64,000 nucleotides of DNA from Mobula hypostoma (GCF_963921235.1 NC_086097.1:165356001-165420000); one strand, 5' to 3'. Counted from the stretch's first letter, positions 24,821 to 40,324 are shown. Notes: generated from the sequence alone by a model not told the origin. Translations and numbers: made by a program.

Positions 24821-27800
24821 AATCTGAAGAGTTACCTTCTGTGAACCCATCTAGTGTAGATGATAATGTCGATGATTCTGAAGCAGAAAAAGAATTAAAA
24901 ACTGATACTAACCAGCAGTTGACACCTTGCAAATCAATTGTATCATCTGCACTGGATGAATATGAATTCAAAGATGATGATGATGAAGATATTGATGAAG
25001 AAGAAGAACAAATAAGCAAGCTTGTGGATCAGAAACGGATTCGTAGAAGAGATGGTAAAAAGAGTGTTGTTAAAGAGAACAGCTATTTAACACCACCAAA
25101 GCTAGAATTTCAGAAGCCATTTAAAATTAAGAAGCAGAAGTCAGCAAGAGTTCTTGTTTCCTCCAGCTCTGATAGCTCAGATGAAGAACCACATCAAGAG
25201 AAAAAGACTTGTTCAACCAGCTCTCTTGAGATTGTTCCAGATAGCAGCAAATCTGATGCAAGGACTAAGAAGGAAAACTTGATCTCTCTGGAACAGAAAG
25301 AGAAAGGAAAAGGAAAGAAAAAAGTGAAAAAGCAAAGTAAAAATAAGGAGAACCAGGAGTTCAAAGAGGAGAAGGAAGAAAAGGAAAATGCTAAACTGAT
25401 GCTTTTCTCCACTTGCTCTGCTTTGGACTCATTAGATCGCTCAAGAGATGAGGATTCATTTAAAAAGTCTTTGAAAGAAGATTCTTCAGGTCATCAATTC
25501 CACCTTTCAACTGCCAAGTCGCCAAAGCATTCGTGTAGTTTAAATGAAAAAAGAGCCAAGCCTCTTAAACAGGAAAATGCTAAAACTGGTCTATCTTCAG
25601 GAGCATCAGAAATAACTTTTCAGTCTGAGGTGGTTCGATTTGATCACCTTACAGATTCTGACTACACTTCTGAGAGTTCCAGCAATAAGTCTTTTAAGTA
25701 TAGTACGAAGACCAAACATCGCAAGAAGGATCTGAGTATAGAATTTGGTGAGAAGTCTGGACAGAGAAGCAAAGAGGAGGAGACAGGCATATTTGATAAC
25801 ATGGAAGACGTTTTTAAAAAGACTGACAAGGATGGCAAGGTTATAAAAAAGCATAAGCTAAAGCATAAAGATAAAGAGAAAAACAAAATTAAGAAAGAAC
25901 ATGAAAATGAAAAGGGAAAGCACAGACAAAAGGAAAGTGAGAAGATTTATCCTGAGTTTGATAGAGAATACTGGAAAGAGAACTTCTTCAAAAATGATGA
26001 TACTAATGAAACTTTCAAAGATGAGAATTCAAACATGGCTCTTACAGAAAAACCATTGAAAGATAAGACTGTCATTAAAGAAGATAAAGTATCAAAAGAG
26101 AAATATTTTAAGGAAGAGAAGCCTTTCAAGGAGGACAGAGAAAAGGACAAGTCTAAAAAGAATAAAAAGGAAAAGCACTATAAAGAAGAGAAAGAAAAAC
26201 TTTCAAATCTGGAAGAACGGAAGGAAATTGTGCTTGCAGACAAAGACGATTCACTTTACTCAAGTGTTTTTTTAAAGAAAGAGCATACAGAATTCTTTGA
26301 GAAAGAAAAAGGCACAGATAAAGAGAAATCTGATACTCAAGATAAAGAAAAGAAGGAAAACAAGGAGAAAAGTGAAAAAAAGTCCCCAACTAAAGAGAGA
26401 GACTTGGAAAGGTTAGAGAGAAAATATTTTGACAGAGAGAAGAAAGTGAAACACGAGAATAGGTCAGAGAAAGAGAAATCAGAGTCTCATGAAAAATTAC
26501 AGGAAAAATCTTTGAGTAAATTACAAGAGATTGGAGAAAGGACGAAAGAAAAAGATCGATCTGGGAGCTTGTATTCCACTTCAGAAAAAGTCCACCGTGA
26601 AAATGATAAATTGAAGAATGTATTCTCTGTCAAAAAACTTGAGGAAAAAGAAAAGAGCAAGGAAAAATTGGATAAAAAACATGAGAGAGAAAAAATTGAA
26701 AGGGAGCGTCATTCCAGTGGTATAAAAGACAAAGTGGAAAAAGAGAAGCATGCTAATGAGAAGAAGGCTAAGTTTTCAGAAAAAGATTCACAGGATAACA
26801 TTCTAAGTAAAGCAGACAAAGTTAAAGTAAAGGAAAAAGAGAAAGACATAGAAAAAGAGAAGAAGAAAGAGAAATCAAGGGAGAGAGAGGGTGACCCTGT
26901 GACAAACTCAAAGCATTTGCATGATGAGAAAAAACGCAGCACAATTGAGAGTAGCAAAGGATATCATGATAAGTTATGTTTTTCAAAGGATAAAAGTAAA
27001 GAGGATTTCCCTAAAACTCCTGAAACAAAAGAAAGAGAAAAGAAGGAAAAAGACAGACAAAAGGACAAAGTACCAGTGAATGCTTCTGTTAAAGCAAAAC
27101 TCAAAGAGCCAGAAGCTGACAAACTGAAATCTAAAGATCCTAGTGCCACAAAGGACATGCGACCAAAAGAGAAGCGACTAGTAAATGATGACCTAATGCA
27201 AACCAGTTTTGAAAGAATGCTAAGTCTCAAGGATCTGGAGATTGAGCAATGGCACAAGAAACATAAAGAGAAGATAAAAATGAAAGAAAAGGAAAGGCAA
27301 AGGCATCGATCTGGCATTGACCTCTCAAAAATAAAAGAACGTGAGAAATTGAAGAGTTCATCGACAAGCAAAGAACTTACTAGATCTAAAAGCTCAGATC
27401 CATCAGAGATGCATTTAAAAGACAAGCAGCTGAAAGACGTTAACAGTGTGAAATCACTGACCAATGATACAAAACAAAATTTACCAGAAACTCCAAGACC
27501 TCTCTTGAGTTGTGAAGGTAATTTAACTGCATCCCCCAGACAAGAGCGTGATCGTATGGGACTTACTTCAAGATCAATATCAATGATTTCTGTTGCAAGT
27601 TCAGAAGATTCATGCCAGACCTCAGCTGTAGCAACACCACGGCCTTTAACTGATTATGATTCAGATTTCACCATTGAGGGTTCTGAATCTCAGTCTTCCT
27701 TTTCACAGTCTGTATTTCTCTCCAGTGCCAAATCACCTGCTGTATATGACCGAGACTCTGATGTTTTGACTGATTTACCAGATCGACTTAAGTCACCACA

Positions 27801-29721
27801 TTCCAGTAAACTTCCAGGATCTTATCTACGGTCAGTATCTGCTGACAACGCTAGATGTGAGAATGAATGCCGGTCTGTAGGTGATGTTCGGAGATGCAGT
27901 ATACCAGTTGTTGCAAATGACCATGATAAACAGTTCCACAAGCAACTAGAAGTTAACCTGCCCCTCTCAAGTGAAAAACAATATAGTTTTTCACCAACAG
28001 TACAAAGCCAGGTCTGTACCTCTCCGCGATCAGAACCACTTCCAGACAGTGGCCCTGAAGAGGCTGCATGTAATAGTACTTCGTGTTTACAGTCTCCTGC
28101 TGTCATTGTACCAAACGACACTAATTATTTATCACAGGATACAAATCCCAGCAGCATAATCGTGCAAAGTACTTCTCAGCAGATGCCTATGGTACAGCCA
28201 CAAGTAAACTGTTTGATTAATGACATTCAGCCAGAAAAACCAATGGAAATATCATATGATAGGCTTGATATTCCTTCACACAGTAATAATGATGGTTATA
28301 CAACTACAGCAGCTTGCGAGAAAAACACATTTAACCCTTTACCACATGTTCCACAAGAGTGGAGTTGTACAGAGCAGATAACATCAGAACCAGCATCCAA
28401 GTCTCCACAAAGGCTTTGCAGTGAGTCTTCCCAGGCCGTAAATCTCCTTGAAACACCATCTTATTTTTCACCTACGCATTCATCCAATTCTTCTTGTACA
28501 CGTTCACCGTTAGACAGTGATAGTGCCCCTCGAGTACTCTTCTGGCCAAAATGTGGCGGAACTCAAGAAGAATCATCACAAATTCAAACCTTGCAAGATA
28601 TTGATCAGAGTTCCACTTCATGCAAACCTCATTCAGAATCTTCAGGAATGGCTGATGAAAAGGATGGTAAATATCCTCCTCTTGATGTAAATTCTGATCT
28701 TGCAAATCAAAAGACTCTAGAAGATCCTTCAAATGATTTCAAACCAAGTGAACTCCAAGGCTTGGAAGAAAACTCCTCCACACCATCTGCAGCATTACCA
28801 GATGGCAGCAGTGTTAATGAAAATCTTGTGGACCATACAAGGACTGTACAGAGTTTATTAATTGAAGAGAAGATGGAAAGTGCAAAAAGTACAATTTTAG
28901 GCAGTCATGAACCAGCTTGTAATCAGGAGAGCTCACAATTAGAGACACTGTCAGTAACATCCATTGATGAAATGCAGTCAGAGCCAAAAGAAGAACTGCC
29001 CGAAGCAACATCTTCCACAGAACATGTACACACACCTCCAGTTATTGACCAATCTCAGTCTTTGGAAAGTAAAGCTCAGGACCAAGATTCCTCACCAGAT
29101 ATGGAAGTTTCCCAACATTTCACAACTGCTGGTCAGGACCCTGTAATGATGCATGAAGCAGCACTGGATGAACAAAAGCCCTCCGCTGAATCAACAAAGG
29201 AGGAGTCAGAAGACCGAATGGAAACTGACCGCACAGAGCATGATATTCCTCAGAGGATTACTCGCAACAGAGCAAATATATTAGCCAATCAAAGCAAACA
29301 GTCTGTTGTCAACTGTGCACAGATCTCTGATAAAGATACAGAATCTGCCACTCCTGTGAAAAGTAAATCGAAGTTATCAGAGGAGGAGGAAGGCCAAGTA
29401 CATCACCCACATAAACGCAAGTTGTCACGTGTTCCACATCCAACACAAGTGAAATCTACTCTGCAGCAAGCTAAGGAAAAAACACAACAGTCACTGGCTG
29501 CCATTGTAGATTCTTTAAAATTAGAGGAGATTCAACCTTACCATTCGGAAAAGGCAAACCCTTACTACGAGTATCTCCACATAAGAAAGAAAATAGAAGA
29601 GAAGCGTAAAGTGCTATGTAGTGTCACTCCACAAGCACCACAGTTTTATGATGAATTTGTTACATTTACTGGATCATACCTGCTGGACGGAAACCCTTTG
29701 AGCAAACTTTGTATACCAACT
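24821..29721 (+). CDS. ANKRD12: ANKRD12 giant exon (4901 nt): Lys/Glu-rich and Ser-rich low-complexity region through the start of the conserved C-terminal domain
   Basis: ttccag acceptor, gtaagt donor at 29722. Open frame of 1632 aa in the ORF track with ANKRD11/12 motifs NPSSVD, DEYEF, DLMQTSFERMLS, ANPYYEYL and TGSYLLDGNPLSKLCIPT. Confidence 0.97.
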
Positions 29722-31061
29722 GTAAGTGTTATCCTTTGAAATAATTGCTTTGACTTCATTATTCCATGTGATATAGCCTTACATTCAGTTTGTGTTGACT
29801 ATAACAATTTGCTTCAATTATTTATTCAAGAGAGAGAATTAAGTATATTATAGTAGTGCACAATTTAGTTCTTAATTGATTATTTGCATTCACCGTTCAG
29901 ATCAGGCAGCTTATGTATATCCAGTCTTTCCTGGCTGTCAGTTTTTGCCCCATCTATTGTCTCCACCCCTCCTCTAATATTTTGTCTGAATCCCCTTCCT
30001 CAGTAAACTTCAGTGAGCTGATGCATGAGTCTGTATGTTAACCATCTCATCCTTAACAATCTCCTGTGCTTCTTGCAGTTTTCCACAAAGTGTTTGAATT
30101 AATTTTACACTAGTTAAATTATTTCATCTCAGTGAAGTTGGCCTTCTTCCAGATTAGACATTCTACTTTAAATTGAACCGTGATCTTCTCCATTGCTTAT
30201 GTAAATTTTATGCAACAGTGGTCATTCTTACCAATATGCTTTCCCACAGACACTTGATTGTTGGGTCCCATCTCCAAATCTACCTTTGCTCTCTCCCTCC
30301 TCCCTGATAGACGGAGAATCTACTGATTGAAGAAATTCTCTTAACACATTTCAGAAGTTCCTGTTCCTTCCCCCTCCCCACTTTATTCTAACATTATATT
30401 GATTAATTTTTAGGTAGTTAAGGTTGCCCAGTATCAGCAGTGTAATTCTTGCACGTCTTTGTAAACTCCCTACAGATATCCATATTGGTATTGGTTTATT
30501 TTTGTCACATGTACCAAGATACAGTGAAAAGTTTGTCGTGCATACTGTTCCTTTCTCACTATGGAGATTTATGGAACATCCCAGAAACACATTGGAGCAT
30601 TATTTGTCATAACTCTTTCCTAGCCACCTCAAGGATGCCACCTATTCCTATACCTTCTTCCTATTTAAATGTCTTCCCAAATCGGCACTATCCTGTCACA
30701 TTCCTTTTGCCTTCTGTATATTTCTTATCACTTTTTAATCCAGGAATATTGTTCCCGGTTTTGTCCCTTCTTGATCTGTTTTGTTATTGTTTTACATTTT
30801 TTTAATTCTCAGAAGGCTATTTGAATTTATAGCTTACCAATTCCATTCATCACACTTAGTTTACATTCTAAATCTTTGTATTCTGTACTAGGCTACTACA
30901 GTGTAATATGGTGCTTGTACTTTCTCTGATACATCCCATCTTATTCTTCTACTTCTGTAAACCAGTGCCTATCCCCGGCTAAAAACTTCCACATCTGCAT
31001 GTTAACGTGTCTTGGATCCCAGGGTATATACATCAATTATATGATAGATGTCCATAGCAAC

Positions 31062-31475
31062 ACCTTCTCGTCGGTGCCCCCCGTTTCCACCGAGCTTGGT
31101 ACGTTATGGCACGACCGAGTGTCTGGCAGTATGACTGGATGGTTAGGCTGAGCTCGTTAACCTTGGGTTGGCAGCCAGCCTAAGAGAAGGACAACTCTGA
31201 ATCCAAACCCGATGAGGTGGGGCTCGTTAGCCTTGTCAGGCCATCCACCAAGGAGAAGGACACTCCGACGTAAATCCTACGACCTGAGAACCTCGCTGTC
31301 ACCGTCCCAGCTTGCTAGGCTATGGCATATGAACCCCGGGTGTAAAGGGTGGGGCCAGTACCGCGCACACTGCACTCCACCTAAAATACCATTGCACAGG
31401 CCGAAGGACACGCCCATGTTGTGGGCAGCCCCCTTCCTAAATCTTCGTTTGCGAAGCCAAGCCATGATGATGATA
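31062..31475 (+). mobile_element. Short non-autonomous RTE-like element (5' UTR-derived) with (GAT)n tail
   Basis: GGCAGCCAGCCTAAGAGAAGGACAACTCTGAATCCAAACC resembles an RTE 5'-UTR motif as recalled. CpG-rich relative to the flanks; ends ccatgatgatgat. Confidence 0.55.
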
Positions 31476-31621
31476 TAGAAGATACTGTTACATTGGGCAA
31501 GCTGGATAATGAAGTTTAGAATAAGTGTGCATTTTTGATGTTTGCATTGAAATTTATGTTTTATCAGCTGTGGGAGAAAAGTAATAGGAATCTGTGATCA
31601 CATTTGATTAAATTGGTCAAT

Positions 31622-31960
31622 TTGGTGCACCTGGGGTAAAGCTGCTGCATCATTGCTCCAGTCACCCCATGTTCAATCTTGACCTCGGGTGCTGTCTTTC
31701 TGGAGTTCACACATCTTCTTTGTGACTGTGTTGATTTCCTCTAGGCAATCAGTTTTCTTCCCAAATTCCAAAAGGTACTTGGGGTGACAGATTATTTGGC
31801 CAATGCAAAAACTGTATATACTGTAAGTGAGTGGTAGAATCTAAGGGAAATTGATGGGAATGTGAGGGTGAATAAAACATGGGGATTGGTATAAATGATT
31901 GTCAATGCAGACTCATTGGACCAAGAGGCCTTTTATCCATTCTACTGTATATGTCACTGT
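31622..31960 (+). mobile_element. Degenerate tRNA-derived SINE (HE1/V-SINE-like)
   Basis: B-box-like gttcaatcttgacctcgggtgctgtc, tggagttcacac body and CR1-like tail. Confidence 0.55.
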
Positions 31961-31967
31961 GACTTGA

Positions 31968-32156
<189 letters not shown>

Positions 32157-32839
32157 TAAAAGATTCTTTGAACTTTAAATGTGTTTAGTATTTTAGAACC
32201 TATATAAAGGATGCCCTAGAAATTGTATCCTTAAAATTTAAAACACTTTCTGGAAAACATGGTAACATGGCACACCTTGCCACAATGTTTTGAATTTTGA
32301 ACTTGGTAAGTGAGATGAGCAACAGACCTGTGAATTCAATAAACTGGATTTTTTTTTTGTTTGGTAGCTGCTCATTTCACTTGCTGATAGACTATTCTTG
32401 TGAGGTTTGAATTGGAATTTACGATTAGAAAACATTTTGGCACACTGCCCTCTACAGGGCATCTACAAATAGTATGAATAAGATGTCTCTCCTTACCTCA
32501 TCCAATCATGTTTACAGAATCATTCGTACACTGTGCAGAATCTGCATCAAACAGCTTCTACTTCAAAAGTTAAATAAAAAGGGAGAAAGAAAGATGGACT
32601 TGAGAAGTAAAAGAGATTATAATACTATTATATTTTCTTTAATTATAATAAAAAGCAACTCCATACTTGTTATCTTTCAAAGCTAAAAAATTGACAGTAA
32701 TGTTAATATTTACCATGGTCTTCCAATTTACTTACACTGGAATGGACACACCCTTGTATTTTTGTAAATCAAAGCCTGCGGGTGCTGGAAATCTGAAATA
32801 AGAACAAAAATTATTGGAAATGTATATCAAGAACAACCA

Positions 32840-34372
32840 GATAACCAGGGAGAGGGTAGGACTGTTAAAGGATAAAGGAGGGAACTTGTGTTTAAGATGT
32901 GGCTAAGATCCTAAATAAATACTTCATGTCTTTATTTACCAGAGGGAGAGTGGAAAATGGCAAAATCAGAGTGGAGCATGCTAAAATGCTAGGGGATTTC
33001 AAGATTAGAAGAGATGTAGTGGTTAAGTTCCCAAGGCCCAGTGAGATGTAATTCAAAATATAGACAGAGGCAAGAGATGAGATGCCAGGACATTGACCAA
33101 CATCTTTATATCTTCACTGGCCACAATTGTAGTGCCAAAAGACTGGTGTGTAGCTAATTTCCTTTGTTTGAGAAAGGAAATAAGGATAATCCTGGAAATT
33201 ATAGGCCAGGAAATCAAACATCACTGGTAGAGAAACAAATGAGAAGGATTCTTAGGGATAGGATTTATGAGATTTGGAGAAGCATAGCCTAATTAGAGAC
33301 CGTCAGTGTGGTTTTATGAGGGACATGTCATGAGTTTTTCAAGGAGGTGATGAATGTGATTGTGGACCTCTGCTGTTTGTCATACGTATAAATGATTTGG
33401 ATGAAATTGTGGTAGCTTGTATAGAAGTATGTAGATGACACAAATATTGCTGTGGTTGTAAATTGCTTAGAATATATCCAAACGATACAGCGGGATGTAG
33501 ATCAGTTGAAGATACAGAGGGAGAAATGGCAGATGGAGTTTAATCTGAGCACAGGTAAAGAGCTGCACTTTGGCAGATACAACATAAAGGGAAAGTACAC
33601 TGTAGATGGCAGGATCCTTAATGGCATTGATGAATAAAGTGATCCTAGGGTCCAAGTATGTGGCTCCCTGAAAGTGACTGTACAGGTTGGTAGGTTAGTA
33701 TAAAGAAAGCATATGGCATGCTTGCTTTCATTAGTCGAGGTGTTGAGCTCAAGAACGAGGAAGTTATGTAACAGCTGTATAAAACTCTAGTTAGGCCATA
33801 TTTAGGGTATGCTTTCAATTTTAGTTTCCTCATTATAGAAAGATGATGGAGGTTCTGGAGGAGGTTTACCAGAATTCCAATCCTGATGAAGGGTCTTGGC
33901 CTGAAATGTTCGACTGTTTATTTCCTTCCATAGATGCTGCCTGGCTTGGAAGACGTGCCTTGAGGAGAGGTTGGACAAGCTGGGGTTGATTTTCTAAAGT
34001 GGCAGAAGCTGGGGGGAGATTTGATAGAGATTTATAAAATTATGTGAAGCTTAGATTGACAGCTAGTATTTTTTCCAGCCTTTTAATACCTAGTACAGGA
34101 GATTATGTATTTTAAGGTGAGAGGAGGAAAGTATGGAGGAGATGTGGAAGGCAAGTTTTGTTTTACAGGTTCAAGGGGGCCTGAAATACACAGCTGGTCT
34201 GGTAGTAAGAGTTGGATAGCGGAGAAGCATTTAAGAGACTTTTATGTTGGCGCGTGAGTATGCAGAGAAGGGAGGGATAAGGTCAATGTGCAGGGAAGAG
34301 GGATTAGATTAGGAGTTATTCGTTTAATTAGTTTGCCATAATATTGTGCTTGTCTTGTACTCTACTATTCTA
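32840..34372 (+). mobile_element. Degenerate CR1 LINE with deletions; contains a short Penelope/hammerhead piece at ~33878-33940
   Basis: RT-region remnants (KWQMEFN, cctggaaattataggccag) and a CR1 3' tail. CTGATGA-AGGGTCTTGGCCT-GAAATGTTC-GACTG at 33883-33916. Confidence 0.75.
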
Positions 34373-34790
34373 TGCACGTTAGGCAGCATTTTTTATAAAA
34401 CAAACAAGCGTAACTTTGTTTTTCTTAGTTTTGGTATGTTTTGATGATAAATAACCATGTAAATACGTCCATCATCAGCTGTAAATTTGCCGTTGCCAGC
34501 TCATTGACAAAATGTGTCAAGGACATGCTGATATAGTCAGCCTTTAGCGGAACAGAGGAATTCAGAAAGCAACTTTCTGATGTGATGTCTGTCAAAAATA
34601 TGTGCCACAGCTTTGATTTCTACCTTGAACAATTATCAGAAGATGGTATTCAAAAGCACTAAGAATTGACATCTTTACTTTGTTTTAAAAGTTGTAAACA
34701 AGTTCTGTTGCTTAATACTGAAATTAGTTGAAGTTACATAATCTCTCCTTTGATGATCTTTTTGGAGAGACCAACTTGCTTTTTTTTTAA

Positions 34791-35012
<222 letters not shown>

Positions 35013-35310
35013 TGAATTAGTATTATAAAAGAGAAATTGGGCTAATCATCTGCCAAGATATGTATAGATCTTTCAATAGATATGACTGTGGTCAGGTTAT
35101 TCCTAAAAAAACAAGGCTGCAAAAGATCCTGCCACTCAAGAGTATTGTCTCTGCATACTCGCACTGTGCTCGTGGACTCTGCATGATGTTCATTAAGATT
35201 GTACACATTTCTACAGACCTCCCAGCTCAAGCTGGGAGATCCATCAGCTGAAGCAGCACAAGGTTAACCAGATGATAGTAAAGCAGAGCCAATGAAATGA
35301 ATGGAGAAAT

Positions 35311-35450
35311 CCAGTCCTGCCGAAGGGTCTTGGCCCAAAATGTTGACTATACTCTTTTCCATAGATGCTGCCTGGCCTGCTGAGTTCCCCCAGTATTTTG
35401 TGTGTGTTTTGCTTGACTTTTCCAGCATTTGCACATTTTCTCTTGTTTGT
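35311..35450 (+). mobile_element. Short Penelope-derived 3' end with mutated hammerhead
   Basis: CAGTC-CTGCCGA-AGGGTCTTGGCCC-AAAATGTT-GACT followed by the family tail (atagatgctgcctggcctgctgagtt...). Confidence 0.75.
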
Positions 35451-35641
35451 GAGAATCCATTGCCAGAGAAAGGTTAGATTATTTGACTTCATCAAGCTAA
35501 TTAGATGCATGCTTTTTAACCTTTCTGTTTTATAATTCTTTTCAAAATTTATATTTTTTGCTAAGTTTTGAGCAAGTTTTGAATACCTAAAAACATCAAG
35601 GACATTTACAAATATTTGTTGATCAGCTTTCACTGATCTAA

Positions 35642-36025
<384 letters not shown>

Positions 36026-36754
36026 TAAGCTATTCATAATACTCTGTAAAGAGAGTAATAAAATCCTGCTTAATAATTTTAGGAGCTCCTGACCACGAGA
36101 GTTCCATCTGTAAGGTTAGCGCTGCATTTTCAGGGAAAAAGACAGAGGTGAACATGGAAGCTTTGAAAATATAAGGGCACTCCCCAATTTGGTACATTGA
36201 ATGTGATATTGTTCATCTATCTAGTAATAGGTAATTAGTATAGATTAGTTAGTAAAAGTTCACAGTTCAGTCAACAACTCCATCGAAGCTTAACTGTTAG
36301 GTTCAACATCTTTACACATTCTTCCTTTCATATCCGATGATTCTGGGGGGGGGGAATACAAATGTTTTTAAATCACTTTATTGCTTGAAGTCACTTCAAA
36401 AATGTACTTAACATTTGATTGCAGAGATTGGACCAATGGATATGTGATGCAATTTATTTAGGGATATGACATCTGAACTAACCCAACTAAAAATCTGGAA
36501 GTACTGAATTAAAGACACAAAATGCTATTTCCAGGAGCAAAGATACCTGAAATGAAGAAAAAGTACTGAAATGCACAGCAGCTATTGATAAAATATTATA
36601 AACCCCAAAATATTATCCTGATTCTCTCTCCACAGAATCCCCCCATCTCGTCAATATTTCTGGCATTTTCTGCTTTTATTCCACACTAAAATAATCTTCT
36701 CTCTAGAAGTTTGAAAACAAATTGTATAAATAAAGTATTGGGTGAGGTCTTTAG

Positions 36755-36991
<237 letters not shown>

Positions 36992-39350
36992 TTGTGCATC
37001 TGTTCAGGTGGTTTTAAGCTAGTGCTTAATGATATAGATAGTCACTGCTGAATGATACAGGACAGTTACAAATAGGCTTGTGTATTTGGCTTTGGAGCAC
37101 TTGGAAGAAAAGTGAGGAATTGAGGATATGGGTGTGTGTGGTAAAGAAGGTGCAGTACCATTCCTGCATAATGATGTGAAATTCAGCACTAACGCACTGT
37201 GACTTCCCATCACTGTTTACCAGTAACCACTACTGTCTTTCAGTAGTTCAACAGTTGTAGCTGACAAATAGATATTCCCTCTTAATATCTGCCTGTACTT
37301 TAAAGTTTACAAAATGGGGGCATTTGCTATATTATGTTCGTACCAGCAGCGCTGGCAGCTGCAAGGTGACAGGGGCAAAGATACTCTGTCCCCAAGAAGG
37401 AGTTCATGGTACAGTAGAACCTCACCTTTGCACTCACAGCTGGAGTGCTGCCTCATTTAAAATATTATACATTGGCTCCTAATATCTATGCTTTTCATCT
37501 TCCAAGTATAGGGATCTGTTTCTGGGTAACATTCTAATAAGAACCTAAATCTATCTATCTAAATTACCATTCTCTTCATTGCTGTATCAATTCCACTCCA
37601 TTCAAAACAGAAACTACTGCATCAAGAGGCACTTGCTGGTTTTGTCAATGTTTCAAGAATTAATGGTATTTAAAAGAAAAATTCTGTTTACATGTCTGCA
37701 CTTTTTTAAATTTAATCACCTTATTGTTTTGAGCACTTCAGATTCCTTTCATCAATTTAATTTAAAAACATTTCACAGGATTCATAAACCTAGTGTTCAT
37801 CTCTAAGGGTTATATAGATACATCCGAAGAAATCTTGAGTGTGGGAAGTCAAATCTTAATTTGTCTTCCTATGAATTCTCTCATATCGCAAGTCTCTGGG
37901 AGTAAATGATGTATTAGAGTATATCTTTGGATCAGCCAGCATTGTTGAGAAGCATCCAGGCTCTTAAATTTGGAGAATTCAAACCAACAAAAATATTAAA
38001 AATGGGGCGGTGGTAGGACTGTAGAATCTTTGCAGCCCAGTGGATTATATTGGACTCATCTTTCTTAAGCTAGCTGCTCTGAGTATATGCTTATTATTTG
38101 TTATGTTCATCAGGTCTCTTTGGAGATGGCTTGATAATTTAAAGCAAAACATTCTCCAGTGCTATTCTATATTTTGCTCTGCTGCTGCCAAATTATTCAG
38201 TATCACACTGCTTTATCCATGTACCCACAAATTTAGAGCTTCTGTAAGTAGCTTATTCCACTTTTTTCCCTCTCCCTCATTTCCATGTGATTCTCATGTG
38301 TCCTAACTCTAAGCTACTCTCTGGAGTGTTGTATGTTATAGCTAGGCTCTATTACATTTCCACATGAGCAGTTGATCATTATTAAATACACCTTGGGCCT
38401 TTTATTCTTTTACTGCCATAAGGAGGCAAGCACTGTACTCTGAATAATTTGAATTTTAAAAAGAATAGACAAATTAGTTTAAAACAAAATTAGTCCCATC
38501 ATTTTTACTTCAGTTACCAGTTCTGATCCTAGATACTGTACAGAATGTTTTTGTTTTTGGGGATGGGGGGGGAAATTCTGCACAGATGTATTATTTTGTC
38601 TTTTTTTAAAAAATAAGTTATTTTATACATATCATTGCGCAGATGTAAATAACATTGTATTTAACAATATTGTTTAAAATATGTATAAAGGAAATTATAT
38701 AGTTATTTTGATTGTATAGCCCATTAATTGTCTAATGTTTCACTGGACCAAAGTTGCAATTGATAGTTGGTTTTATATTGATTGTAATGTGCTGTGGTTT
38801 GACCTTGTTTGTTAGGGCATGTGTTTGGTTTGCTTTTTACATTGCAGCAACTGTTCGAGATTACAATTATGATGCAATGCATGTGTTACCAGGCTATCTT
38901 GTGTCCTGTTCTCCTCCTTCCCCTCTCCTCACAACCCGAAGAAAAATCTGCAGCAGAACCTATTTTTTCAGCACAAATGCTTTTTGAATTATAGTTCTAA
39001 AAGTGTAAATTGTTTATTTTAATATTTACCTGTTGATTAATATGTAAATACATGTAAATATGTTGTTAAATAAATTTTAATGGTCATGTTAATTAAATAG
39101 AGTTGCATCAATGGCTGTTCAAATGGAATGGGATTTGTTTCATTGTCTTTCATTGTCTGCTTTTGAACCACAGATAACATTTCTATTTGTTTTAGTGGGA
39201 AGAACACTATTTTTAACTGCACTTAAATTTGGAGAGCTAACATTCATTAATGATCGTCACTTAGGTTTGATGGACCTAAAAGTATTTTCTTGTGTTGAAC
39301 TTTGTTCTGTAATGATAATCCTTACCTAATAAATAAAATTTGTTTTCCAT
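36992..39350 (+). other. ANKRD12: Probable ANKRD12 3' UTR (~2.3 kb)
   Basis: AT-rich sequence with no recognisable transposon after the stop, ending at overlapping AATAAA hexamers. The end point is inferred. Confidence 0.65.
39328..39337 (+). terminator. Candidate polyadenylation signal (two overlapping AATAAA)
   Basis: AATAAATAAA at 39328-39337; transposon-derived sequence resumes shortly downstream. Confidence 0.55.
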
Positions 39351-40324
39351 AGAAATTGCACAGAATTTGCATAGAATTTAAGATAGTAACAACTATTTGA
39401 TCCCACCATTGATGGTATTAGAAACACAACACTAGGCATCACCTGTAAAAGAAGAACTGATAGTAAATCTTTCAGGTTGATGACCTACTGACAATGAATT
39501 TCTGTTTTCATTTCAGATATTAGCATTCACTTATTTTTGCTATTTCAGTCTTTTTTGTGATTCTTTTATACCAGCAGTAGCTCTGGTGTCAGGTACCTGT
39601 TCTTTCTAGACATTTCATTCTACCTATCAAACCCTTTCATCTATTTAATCATTTTTCATGTTCCATTTAACACCCAAGTGCTATGGGCATTTTCTTGCAT
39701 TTTATTTTGGATTATTTTTGTTTTTTTATTGAAATCTGATGGAATATATTTATCAATGCCAATTAATTTTTCCCTACTTGACAATATTTCTGTTTAAATA
39801 ATAGGCTTGCGATGTACTAAGAGCGCAGTGTGTTTGTGCAGTTATCTGTTCCTGGTGAGGCTGTAATCTGAAACAAAATTCGCATCTGCCAACTTTCCAT
39901 TCTATTCATTATTGAAGTAAATGTGATTGTACTGCAGGAGCTTCTAATTCTATCGGCCTTTTCTGATGTCAAATCCTCTCCCCCCCACCCCCCACACCCC
40001 AAGTTTGGATATTATTTATTTAGAGATACAGCGTGGAACAGCTCCTTCCAGCCCAACAAGCTGCACTGCCCAGTAACCTGCTTATTTAACCCTAGTCTAA
40101 TCACAGGACAACTTATAATAACCAATTAACCTACTAACCATATACGTTGGATATTCCCAAGTTTCCCCAACAATTCCACTCTGGTCAACCCTGTTCTGCC
40201 CACTTAATACAGTCTCTATTCTGAGTCATTTGTAGGAGCAGATAAAGAAAAATGGTTTTACTTCCAAAAACAGTTGATAGCAATTTTGATGTGAGGTTCC
40301 AAAAAAGAAAGTCTTTATACTACT

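Noticed and set aside
25194..29146. Short antisense or alternative-frame ORFs over the giant exon
   Set aside because: By-products of the biased Lys/Glu/Ser codon composition of ANKRD12.
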